From the NCBI GenBank assembly GCA_048885535.1, contig JBHLLO010000082.1:1-12488 (forward strand): a stretch of 12,488 nt of DNA. Reading direction: 5' to 3'. A program made the position numbers and the translations under genes. The number at the start of each line of letters is the position of its first letter. Positions within the stretch are counted from its first letter, which is position 1. The notes under the pieces were generated by a model. That model searched no databases and was not told the DNA's origin. It saw only the letters and a list, made by a program, of their open reading frames with translations. This DNA is from Candidatus Hermodarchaeota archaeon. GTDB lineage: Archaea; Asgardarchaeota; Lokiarchaeia; Sigyniarchaeales; SOKP01. Positions 1 through 7,823 of the stretch are shown here, one piece after another.

Positions 1-339
1 CTTTATAAAAAAGGAAATGAGCGATTGGTATCATTTCGAATTGTAAATCGTGAAGAGGGTTATATTGAGGCTCAGTTTGAAGGAAAGGCAAATCCTAATA
101 CCATGTGGACAACCGAATGTTATTTGAGTATCAATGATGAGAATATTAACGATCCAGAACGAGATTGTGATTGTGGCATAGGTTCGTCTAATGGATTCTG
201 TCCTCACTTCTGGTTTGTGTTTTTTATTACCTTAAAATTAGGATTTTTCGATATTAGTGATTGGAAATTAACCTATATACCGTTTGGGATTCAATCTAAA
301 TTAGATATGATAGATTCACTAATAAAGGAGAGGATGTAA
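1..339 (+). CDS. SWIM zinc-finger domain protein (probably 5'-truncated by the window edge)
   Basis: CDC-GIGSSNGF-CPH is a CxC-x8-CxH SWIM motif. Frame 1 is open from base 1 (LYKKGNERLVSF...), so the TTG at 25 is probably not the true start. Confidence 0.75.
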   Translation, partial: LYKKGNERLVSFRIVNREEGYIEAQFEGKANPNTMWTTECYLSINDENINDPERDCDCGIGSSNGFCPHFWFVFFITLKLGFFDISDWKLTYIPFGIQSKLDMIDSLIKERM

Positions 340-624
340 ATGGGTATTGGGTTTAAATTCTTGACTGTAAGGAGGAAGACGGTTATTGAAATTCTTACCG
401 ACTTTATTTATAAAGAAGATCAGCAGAAAGACAAGAAGCAAATTAAGGAAATGGTGAAGGGATGGTTAGATTCGTATTTAGAAGAGCGTTATTTTGAGAT
501 TCTGAGAAGGTATAAAATTAGCGAAATCGAGGAATATCTTGAATTGAAATTTAAGATAACTATTAATGATGAGATTTGGGATTCATTAGGTCTTTCTTTT
601 TTTAAGCATTTTCTTAAGGCTTAA
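340..624 (+). CDS. Hypothetical protein (94 aa, charged, probably helical)
   Basis: The ATG directly abuts the stop of the SWIM gene (TAAATG). A purine-rich AAGGAGAGG lies upstream and a T-rich tract follows. No recognised motif. Confidence 0.6.
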   Translation: MGIGFKFLTVRRKTVIEILTDFIYKEDQQKDKKQIKEMVKGWLDSYLEERYFEILRRYKISEIEEYLELKFKITINDEIWDSLGLSFFKHFLKA

Positions 625-867
625 ATTGCTTTTCCTTTCTTCTTTCTTTGTTTTTTCTTTTTTTTTTGAATCTAATTGTGCAACATTTTTAGCTATTTTT
701 TAGCGATCAAAGTAATGTCACGTAGCTAACCATCCTCCCCAAATATTTGAATTAGAATATTTGGGCATGTCATTTTTCAGGATGCTAATAAAATTCTTCT
801 AAAAATAAATCTCAAATGTTGTACAACTATTAATCATCTGTAAAATATGAGTTTGACTTCTTTCCAT
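625..867 (-). pseudogene. Possible decayed gene fragment
   Basis: The minus frame from ATG 867 reads MERSQTHILQMINSCTTFEIYF*KNFISILKNDMPKYSNSNIWGGWLAT*HYFDR*KIAKNVAQLDSKKK, which is protein-like but has three in-frame stops (799-801, 718-720, 700-702). Confidence 0.2.
630..667 (+). terminator. Oligo-T/pyrimidine tract, probable archaeal intrinsic terminator
   Basis: TTTTCCTTTCTTCTTTCTTTGTTTTTTCTTTTTTTTTT begins 6 nt after the stop at 624. Confidence 0.45.
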
Positions 868-1139
868 TTACTTCAATTAGGAATTCACTACTTAGTGAAT
901 AATAATTATTTTGCGTTATATGGATTTGCTTCCTGTTTGGAATGAGGTAAGGAGAATAGCTACCTTTCTAACCTAAATTACTTTTTTTTAGTCTTATTAT
1001 AATTCTAATAACCATTTAAGAAGAGTAAATATTTCCTTTTTAACTTTAACAACATGATTCTTTTTCAAAAATATTATTTTTCCAATATAGATAGAAAATA
1101 ATCCAAAGCGGATTTATTAGTTATCCTTTATAACTTATT

Positions 1140-1511
1140 TTACTCTAGGATCTTGATATTCTTAACATTTGCTTTCTTGCCCTCTATTATTTCCGTGTTT
1201 TTACTTTTACAATAGTTACATTGAAATAACTGAAGTCCTGTTAATTGGGCTTCTTCATTTAAGGTTACTATTGAAATTTTTCCGCATTTTTTACATCTTA
1301 CTTTTCCGGGTAAAATTTCTATTATCAATTCTGCGCCTTCTGCGATTGAGCCTGAAGTTGCTATCTTGAAAGATTGTTTGAGCAATTCTGGCACTATCAA
1401 TGTTAACTCACCAATTTCTAAATAGACTTCTATAATTTTTTTAGCATTATTCTGAAGAGCAGTAGCTTCAGCGATTTTAAAAATATTATAGGCAAACGCA
1501 AATTCGTGCAT
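1140..1511 (-). CDS. hypA: Hydrogenase maturation nickel metallochaperone HypA
   Basis: N-terminal MHE Ni-binding motif, IGELT motif, two CxxC Zn ligand pairs (CKKC, CNYC) and a C-terminal IIEGK. Confidence 0.95.
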   Translation of the reverse strand: MHEFAFAYNIFKIAEATALQNNAKKIIEVYLEIGELTLIVPELLKQSFKIATSGSIAEGAELIIEILPGKVRCKKCGKISIVTLNEEAQLTGLQLFQCNYCKSKNTEIIEGKKANVKNIKILE

Positions 1512-1520
1512 AATATATAT

Positions 1521-1817
1521 TTATCTCTTTAAATCTCTCTTTTTCAATTCCTTCGCTAGTTCAATTAGTACCTTAGATTTTTTTTTCCCTTTTGTATCTA
1601 TTAAGATCCTTCCTGGTTCGTCCCACCAGGTTCTCGAATACTTATATTGGCTTTCATGTTGAACGTCATATCCTAAATTCTTCGCAGCATTATAAAGATC
1701 ATTTGAATGCACTTTCTCAATGGCAAATTTTCTTGGTACACGTCTCCCTTGTGCTCTAGTTCTCCTCAAATCAAAATATTGAGGCCAAAATATGATAAAA
1801 GGTTTTCGAGAACGCAT
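1521..1817 (-). CDS. srp19: Signal recognition particle protein SRP19
   Basis: IFWPQYFD, RAQGRRVP, KYSRTWW...GRILI and KSKVL motifs typical of archaeal SRP19; 98 aa, basic. Confidence 0.93.
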   Translation of the reverse strand: MRSRKPFIIFWPQYFDLRRTRAQGRRVPRKFAIEKVHSNDLYNAAKNLGYDVQHESQYKYSRTWWDEPGRILIDTKGKKKSKVLIELAKELKKRDLKR

Positions 1818-1993
1818 AAGAAAATCAATATTTGTTTATATTAAAAAACTTATAAATTTAAAAACCCTCTAAAAAATTTAAAAATTATTAGTACAAATTA
1901 TAAAGATAATTAAGAATAAATAGAAATCAAGATTTTTAACTAATAAAAATTTGATTAATATCTATCTCTCCTAAGGAAACCCATCTCTGAAAT

Positions 1994-2096
1994 GGGAGGG
2001 TAGTCTAGCTTGGTATGATACTCGGCTGGGGTTTGTTCTGCGTTTGCAGACCTTCCGGACGCCGAGTGGTCGGGGGTTCAATTCCCCCCTCTCCCA
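1994..2096 (+). tRNA. tRNA-Pro(GGG) with a 29-nt intron at canonical position 37/38 (2032-2060)
   Basis: Acceptor GGGAGGG/CTCTCCC plus discriminator A; D-arm GTCTAGCTTGGTATGAT; anticodon stem CTCGG/CCGAG with anticodon GGG at 2028-2030; T-arm GGGGG-TTCAATT-CCCCC. Splice-motif central helix CTGG(2026-2029)/CCGG(2055-2058). Mature length 74 nt; CCA not encoded. Confidence 0.92.
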
Positions 2097-2178
2097 TTCA
2101 TAGAATTCCGATATTAGATCAAATGACTTTAGATTTAGGGGTTCCATTTAACTCTTAATTAAAAGGGAAGTACTCGAC

Positions 2179-2191
2179 ATAAGTTTATATG
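2179..2191 (+). promoter_or_regulatory. Putative BRE/TATA box for the gene at 2240
   Basis: ATAAG-TTTATATG about 50-55 nt upstream of the ATG; a similar ATAAC-TTTTTAAG lies at 2629-2641 ahead of the paralog at 2696. Confidence 0.4.
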
Positions 2192-2239
2192 CAAAATTTT
2201 CTATTTATACTTCAGATAACATAATTTTGAGTAATAGAA

Positions 2240-2560
2240 ATGGGTAAAATTCAAGAAACTGAAAAAGTTACTCGCATAGCAGCTATAATGGGTGGCATAA
2301 TAGGATCCATAAATTCCATTATTCTATTACTTGAAGTATCCCTTTTTAGTTTAAGCTCAATTATTTTAATTATAATGCTAATCATATCTACTTTGGCGAT
2401 ACTTCTTGGTATTAAACCGCTACGATATACCCCGGTGTTTTTATATATTATAGGTGTAGCAATATTATTCACTAGTTTCATTTCAGGAGGGATAATTATT
2501 ATGGGTACTACTATCGGATATTTCTGGGGCCATGATAACAGGGGGATAATAAGAGGTTAA
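2240..2560 (+). CDS. Small multi-pass membrane protein, paralog 1
   Basis: Hydrophobic, about 4 TM segments. Aligns to 2696-2995 (RIAAIMGGIIGSINSI vs RVFAIIGGLVSIIESI; LAILLGIKPLRYTPVF vs LAIILGIHPVHYAPTF). Confidence 0.8.
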   Translation: MGKIQETEKVTRIAAIMGGIIGSINSIILLLEVSLFSLSSIILIIMLIISTLAILLGIKPLRYTPVFLYIIGVAILFTSFISGGIIIMGTTIGYFWGHDNRGIIRG

Positions 2561-2695
2561 TTTAAAATAAGGGTTTTCTTTTACTTATTATTGATTTAAT
2601 AATTTAAATTATTAATTTAATTAGTGCTATAACTTTTTAAGTACAAATTTGTTATTGTTTAATAAAAACCATTACTTTAAGAAAGTGAATCATGT

Positions 2696-2995
2696 ATGAG
2701 TGAAATACAACATTCGGATGTTGGTATGCGAGTTTTTGCGATAATTGGTGGCCTAGTCTCAATTATTGAATCTATTTTGATATTTTTTAATATTGGTGTA
2801 ATGCCTTATAACTTTGGAATAATTGGTGGAATTTTATCATTAGTATTTGCTATTTTGGCAATAATTTTAGGTATACACCCTGTTCATTATGCGCCAACAT
2901 TCATAGGGGCACTAGGAATTGGTTTAATAATATGTGCAGCTTTAATTGGAGGAATTCTTGTAGTTCTTGCTGCTTTCCTTGGAGCTATAAGCTAA
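2696..2995 (+). CDS. Small multi-pass membrane protein, paralog 2
   Basis: 99 aa, Gly/Ala/Ile-rich, about 4 TM segments; clear similarity to the upstream gene; followed by T-tracts. Confidence 0.85.
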   Translation: MSEIQHSDVGMRVFAIIGGLVSIIESILIFFNIGVMPYNFGIIGGILSLVFAILAIILGIHPVHYAPTFIGALGIGLIICAALIGGILVVLAAFLGAIS

Positions 2996-3051
2996 GTTTT
3001 ATCTTATATTTTTTTAATTTTTTTAAAACTTAATAATTTAAATACTTAAAA

Positions 3052-3906
3052 TTAAGTTATATGGGATAACGCTAAATCTAGAGCTCCTTTTATTTCAGAA
3101 GGCTTTCCTACTCGGGAAGTGTCTATAATTGTGTAGTTTATACCTATATAGATTGCTCCATAGGCTTTTCCACCACCCAAATGAACTAAAGTTCTATATA
3201 TCAAGTTTCCAGATATTCCTTCTGGAGCAATGATTAAATTAGATTTGTTTCTAATAGCATCTTCAATTAGTATCTCATTATGTTGGATCTCCAATTTGGG
3301 ATACTTTTCTATGAAATATTTTACTACTTTCTGAGCTGAATAAATCGTTTCGTCTACATAGTTATCACGGCCAATATCACTAAGCCTACCTCCACTTAAT
3401 ATACTAATGCTTGGCTCAACTTTTAAGGATTTGAATAGAATAATTGCTTTTTCAATAAAGTTGATCTTTTTCTCAAAATCATTACACTCATCAATACCAA
3501 CAGGTCCAAAAAAGAATTGGTTTCCTTCGAACGTCTCAAGTAAAGCTAAACGATTAATAACATCTATATTAAGTTGTGTTTTTATCTCTTGTAAAAATTT
3601 TCTTGAACTTATATTTCCTCTTATAGCAGCATTGATTACTTTTTTTTTCAAATAATTTATAATTTCTCTTTCTGGTTTACTACTTTCAATTAGTTTGAAT
3701 TTAACTTCTGAAATCAGTGATTCTTTTAATAACTCAGCTAATGCTTGTTTTGTACCAAAGATGTGGAATTGACAATGGTTTTCTACTAAGTATTCTTCAA
3801 TAATCTTTATAATCTTCTGATTTTGAGAATAATCCTCTCCTAGACCAATTCCTAGATTAAAAACTTTTCCTTTGATTTTTGATTTAAAAAAATGCAAAAT
3901 ATCCAT
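3052..3906 (-). CDS. mtxX: MtxX / methanogenesis marker protein 4-like protein (phosphotransacetylase-like fold)
   Basis: Motifs AAIRG, RLALLE, FFFGPVGIDE, GGRLSDIGR, ILIEDAI, IIAPEGISGNLIYRTL, LGGGKAYGA and DTSR match the MtxX family as I recall it. Confidence 0.85.
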   Translation of the reverse strand: MDILHFFKSKIKGKVFNLGIGLGEDYSQNQKIIKIIEEYLVENHCQFHIFGTKQALAELLKESLISEVKFKLIESSKPEREIINYLKKKVINAAIRGNISSRKFLQEIKTQLNIDVINRLALLETFEGNQFFFGPVGIDECNDFEKKINFIEKAIILFKSLKVEPSISILSGGRLSDIGRDNYVDETIYSAQKVVKYFIEKYPKLEIQHNEILIEDAIRNKSNLIIAPEGISGNLIYRTLVHLGGGKAYGAIYIGINYTIIDTSRVGKPSEIKGALDLALSHIT

Positions 3907-3926
3907 ATTGAGACAGAAACATATAA

Positions 3927-4997
3927 TTATACATAGCTAAAATATAGATAAGCTAATATTATTGTTATCGAATTATAAAATCCATGGGTTATAGTTACTG
4001 CGATTAGATTCTCCTTTCTCCAATAAAATAGTAAGCCCAACAATAGTGAAATAGCAAAATAAGGGAAAAAATTTAGTAAAAAAGAAACTACATACTCAAT
4101 TAGAGTGTCGTAAGCCATTACAAATATCCCAATTAGATGTATGAACGAAAATAGGACTGCCGTAATAATTATACCCCATATTTTTCCAATATTCTTGACT
4201 AATCCTTTTTGCATGAAACCCCTAAACAGTATTTCTTCAGAGGGACCTATTATAATTACCATTGTAAGGATTAGTAAAATTATAGCTAATATATCCGAAT
4301 TAGCGATTATAACATCTATTTCATTTAAAGAAACCCCTGCTGAAGAAACAATGTCTATACCAAAAATAAGCTCTAAAAGGAGTTCCATAAATAATGAAAC
4401 AAAAAAAACTAAAAATATAGCACTAATTGCGAATCCTAAACCTAGTAATACTTCTTTTAATATTCCCAAATTATTATATCCTCGTGAGGAAAATCCTAAA
4501 AGAGCTAAGCGGTTGCTTAATTTAGAGCTCTGGAGATATTTTCTTATATATATTACTGGTACTAGTATAAATATTAATTCAATAAAAGAAGATACAATTA
4601 CAAAATATGGGCTTAAAATGATATTAATTAAATCTTCTAAATTTACTACAAAGAACATAAAGAAGATGATTGTCACGAAAGCTATTAAATTCATTAAAAT
4701 AAAGGCAGCTAAGGGTATTCCTATTGATGCTAAACTATTCCATAACTTTTTTTCACCCAAATTCAATATTTCTTCATCAGATATTTTATCTTGGATTTTC
4801 TTTTTATAAGTCATCCTCTCAGATCTCAGAATAGTAGATGATTCCGTAATCCTTTTAAGTTTAATTAACTCAAGATCTAAACCACATTTCATACAATATT
4901 TTTGTCTTTCTATTTCAGGCAATTTTGTCCCACATGAGGGGCAATAGATCCATTTTTTTTTATTTAAAGAATTATTTATTCGAGTTTCTTCATTCAT
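3927..4997 (-). CDS. CPBP (Abi/CAAX-protease type II) intramembrane metalloprotease with N-terminal zinc ribbon
   Basis: EEILFRG, FSFIH and HGFYN catalytic motifs; multiple TM helices; N-terminal CPSCG...CMKCG. Confidence 0.92.
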   Translation of the reverse strand: MNEETRINNSLNKKKWIYCPSCGTKLPEIERQKYCMKCGLDLELIKLKRITESSTILRSERMTYKKKIQDKISDEEILNLGEKKLWNSLASIGIPLAAFILMNLIAFVTIIFFMFFVVNLEDLINIILSPYFVIVSSFIELIFILVPVIYIRKYLQSSKLSNRLALLGFSSRGYNNLGILKEVLLGLGFAISAIFLVFFVSLFMELLLELIFGIDIVSSAGVSLNEIDVIIANSDILAIILLILTMVIIIGPSEEILFRGFMQKGLVKNIGKIWGIIITAVLFSFIHLIGIFVMAYDTLIEYVVSFLLNFFPYFAISLLLGLLFYWRKENLIAVTITHGFYNSITIILAYLYFSYV

Positions 4998-5032
4998 ATT
5001 TATTACTATTTAGATATTGTTTAATATTAAAA

Positions 5033-6793
5033 TTAATGTGTAAAATAACAAAATAACTTGTTATTTTCTCTATTAGTTGGATTTACAAATCCATATCTTT
5101 CAAATTGCACTGGTTTATTTAATGGGATATCTAACAAATTTATTTCTCCATATCCCTTTGAGATTGTACCATCTGGGTTTAAAATTGATACGTCTACATA
5201 TTCATCTTTAGGAACCCATTGGATAATTGGATATTCTCTATTCAACTTTAAACTGTGATAATTGCATTTAATTTTCTTAGCATCTAAATTTAGAGCTCCA
5301 ATCTCAATATTCATCAAATCTTTCAAACGAATTATATCTTTTGGCTTTAAAACTTTAGCATCATATTGAGAGATGAAGATAAAAATTTTCCCTTTTTTCG
5401 CTCTACCTCTAACTTTTCTACTTCCCTGCTCTGGATTTGAAGGTATTAATAGAGGTTCAGCACAATATTCTAAGAAAGGAACTTTTGAGATCTCAATTAA
5501 TACAGGGTTTTCTACATAGAAATATCTTTCTGAAATTTCGTCAATGATGTCTTTATTTTTCGAGTATAACCAATTTACATCGAATGTGATTCCTGATAAT
5601 GACATCCCTAGATCAAATAAGACATCTCGTAATGCTTCGGGTCTTATTCCTCTTTTTGCAAGAGATTGAAGGCTCCAAGTTCTGGGATCTTCCCAACCAT
5701 CATATATGCCATTCTGTATATTATTTCTTGCATCTGTTTTACTTAATTTCATATTTGGAAATTTTAATCGTCCATAATGTAGAAATTCTGCTTTTCTCCA
5801 TTTAAAATGTTCCCATATGAAACTTTCAATAAAGTCTTCTTTAACTAAATCCACACCTCTAAGAATGTGTGTAACTCCAATAAGATAATCATCAATCGCC
5901 CAAGAAAATTCAAGCATTGGCCATACAATATATTTTTTTCCGACTCTAGGATGCTCTGCTTCAGAAATCCTCATAATAATTTGATCTCTTAAAGCAGGAT
6001 CTTTTTGATCCATACCTGTTTTTAATCTTACAACAGCTTCACCTTCATTATATTTTCTTTGGAGCATTTTATTCCATTCTTCTAAATTCTGTTCTAAAGA
6101 TTGAGCTCTATGAGGGCAATTTTTCTTTTTATTTTTATAATTTTCCTTAAATATTTCAGCTGAACAAAAACATACATATGCAAGGTTATCTTTGATTAGT
6201 TTTTCACAATAATCATAAAAGATTTCTAATCTATCACTTTTATAATAAACTTTTGAATAATTAACACCTAACCATTTGAGACCTTCTTCAATTAGGTTAT
6301 AAGCTTCTGGAATTACAAATTTAGCTTTAGGACTATCTCTTAATGATTTAGGACTCCCAATTGTATCATCAAAAAAAAGAATTAAGTCTCCTGAATATCG
6401 TTGAACATACTCATCATTTAACACAACCATTCTAGCATTACCAATATGTAATGCTCCACTTGGATATGGAGCTAAACGCATAATAATTTTTTTATAATTA
6501 CTGACATTTGGTAAATCTGGTAATACCTTTTCCTCCTCTTTTGGTTCTTTCTTGTCCAAAGCATGAGGATCCAACTTTAATAATTCTTCAATTTGCTGCT
6601 CAAGACTCATGCTAGATATTTCTTCAATGATTTTATCCAAAAGAGGGTTTATTTCTTTGGCTAAGGGCCTCAAATCTTCTCTTTGTGCCATCAATTTGCC
6701 CATAACTGCTTTTTTATTAGGCTTACCTTCAAATTCTACTGCATTTTTAAGACCATTTATCCATAAGATTTCTTTTATTTCTTTTTCGTTCAT
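5033..6793 (-). CDS. gltX: Glutamate--tRNA ligase, archaeal type
   Basis: RLAPYPSGALHIGN (HIGH variant), AYVCFC, VTHILRG, KLSK (KMSKS variant), GWEDPR and C-terminal VQFERYGF; archaeal N-terminal NAVEFEGK extension. Confidence 0.97.
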   Translation of the reverse strand: MNEKEIKEILWINGLKNAVEFEGKPNKKAVMGKLMAQREDLRPLAKEINPLLDKIIEEISSMSLEQQIEELLKLDPHALDKKEPKEEEKVLPDLPNVSNYKKIIMRLAPYPSGALHIGNARMVVLNDEYVQRYSGDLILFFDDTIGSPKSLRDSPKAKFVIPEAYNLIEEGLKWLGVNYSKVYYKSDRLEIFYDYCEKLIKDNLAYVCFCSAEIFKENYKNKKKNCPHRAQSLEQNLEEWNKMLQRKYNEGEAVVRLKTGMDQKDPALRDQIIMRISEAEHPRVGKKYIVWPMLEFSWAIDDYLIGVTHILRGVDLVKEDFIESFIWEHFKWRKAEFLHYGRLKFPNMKLSKTDARNNIQNGIYDGWEDPRTWSLQSLAKRGIRPEALRDVLFDLGMSLSGITFDVNWLYSKNKDIIDEISERYFYVENPVLIEISKVPFLEYCAEPLLIPSNPEQGSRKVRGRAKKGKIFIFISQYDAKVLKPKDIIRLKDLMNIEIGALNLDAKKIKCNYHSLKLNREYPIIQWVPKDEYVDVSILNPDGTISKGYGEINLLDIPLNKPVQFERYGFVNPTNRENNKLFCYFTH

Positions 6794-6937
6794 ATATGGA
6801 AATCATCTAACAAATGGAATAATTTACTAAATTTTAATTATATCAATAATATAATTTTCAAAGAAATAATTCTTTTAACAATTTTTAAATAATATTAATA
6901 AAACCTTAACGAATCTTAAAAAATTTGATTTAAAGAG

Positions 6938-7219
6938 ATGTTTTTTAGGGGATATATTTTAATAAGGCTTAAGACGGTAGGAACAGAGTGGAAAGTTGTT
7001 GAAAAACTTTCAGGTCTTAAGTCAACTGATGTTCAAGAAGACTGGAGAGTAACGTATGTTACTCCCATATATGGAGGTTGGGATCTTATAGTGGAATGTT
7101 CCTTTACTAAATTACAAGAGTTAAACAAAATAGAATCTTTTATACACTTAGATGAGGATCTCTCCCAATTGATAGAAGAGACTACAACTTTAATTGGAAC
7201 TAATTCAAATTTTAATTAA
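6938..7219 (+). CDS. Stand-alone Lrp/AsnC ligand-binding (RAM) domain protein
   Basis: GYILI...GTEWKVVEKL...PIYGGWDLIVE...EETTTLI pattern; no HTH; divergent from gltX. Confidence 0.78.
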   Translation: MFFRGYILIRLKTVGTEWKVVEKLSGLKSTDVQEDWRVTYVTPIYGGWDLIVECSFTKLQELNKIESFIHLDEDLSQLIEETTTLIGTNSNFN

Positions 7220-7249
7220 TTTTTAGACTGCTTTCGTAAAATTTTACAT

Positions 7250-7696
7250 TTAAAATCTGAAGTAAAAACCAAGATAAGAGGCGATTGTAAAGCCTAAAAG
7301 TATGAATATAACCAAACCAATAACTAAAATAATAACTTCATTAAGTGAATCTTCTTTAGCGATCGATTTTAGATTTGATATGTCTTTTAATAACCACTTT
7401 CTATAAGCCTTGGTAGGCTTACCATCAGTTAATGGACTTGTACCTGTTAATTCATTGAACTTCTTTTGAGTGCTAAGGTTATTAAAGGCTTTATATGCTG
7501 TATTTTTTGACATTCTACTATAGATAACTTTTAATAAAACAAGGATGGAAACGAAAATTGGAAAAGAAATATACCAAAATCGAGCAAACCATAAAAACAT
7601 TCCCATAATAATTGGTGATATGAAAAAAATGACGAATGCTATTATCGAGAATACACATACAATAATGAGAATATCCCTATTTCTTTCAAATACCAT
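7250..7696 (-). CDS. Hypothetical membrane protein (about 3 TM)
   Basis: 148-aa ORF with two N-terminal hydrophobic segments, a soluble loop (PLTDGKPTKAYRKWL) and a C-terminal TM. Confidence 0.72.
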   Translation of the reverse strand: MVFERNRDILIIVCVFSIIAFVIFFISPIIMGMFLWFARFWYISFPIFVSILVLLKVIYSRMSKNTAYKAFNNLSTQKKFNELTGTSPLTDGKPTKAYRKWLLKDISNLKSIAKEDSLNEVIILVIGLVIFILLGFTIASYLGFYFRF

Positions 7697-7823
7697 TTCT
7701 TTTATCCAATTTTTAAATACATTATTTAATTCTAAATTTATTGAGCTAATTAATCTTACTACAGTTTCCTTATAAATTAATTAAAGAAAATTATTAAAGA
7801 TTTTTATGTTAAGAAACAGTTAT

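Noticed and set aside
700-867. Selenocysteine or pyrrolysine read-through of the interrupted minus-strand frame
   Set aside because: The frame contains all three stop types including TAA, and I could not identify a redox motif or a convincing SECIS.
1100-1135. Two tiny hairpins (AATCC/GGATT and AGTTAT/ATAACT) downstream of hypA
   Set aside because: Stems of 5-6 bp in AT-rich DNA are too weak to call.
1960-1970. ATCTATCTCTC shared with 9518-9528, both in divergent intergenic regions
   Set aside because: A single low-complexity 11-mer match that is compatible with chance.
2097-3050. Integrated element at the 3' end of tRNA-Pro
   Set aside because: No integrase and no duplicated tRNA 3' end (att site) seen in the window.
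4141-4809. 222-aa plus-strand ORF
   Set aside because: Antisense shadow of the hydrophobic CPBP gene; Ile/Lys/Asn-rich with no motifs.
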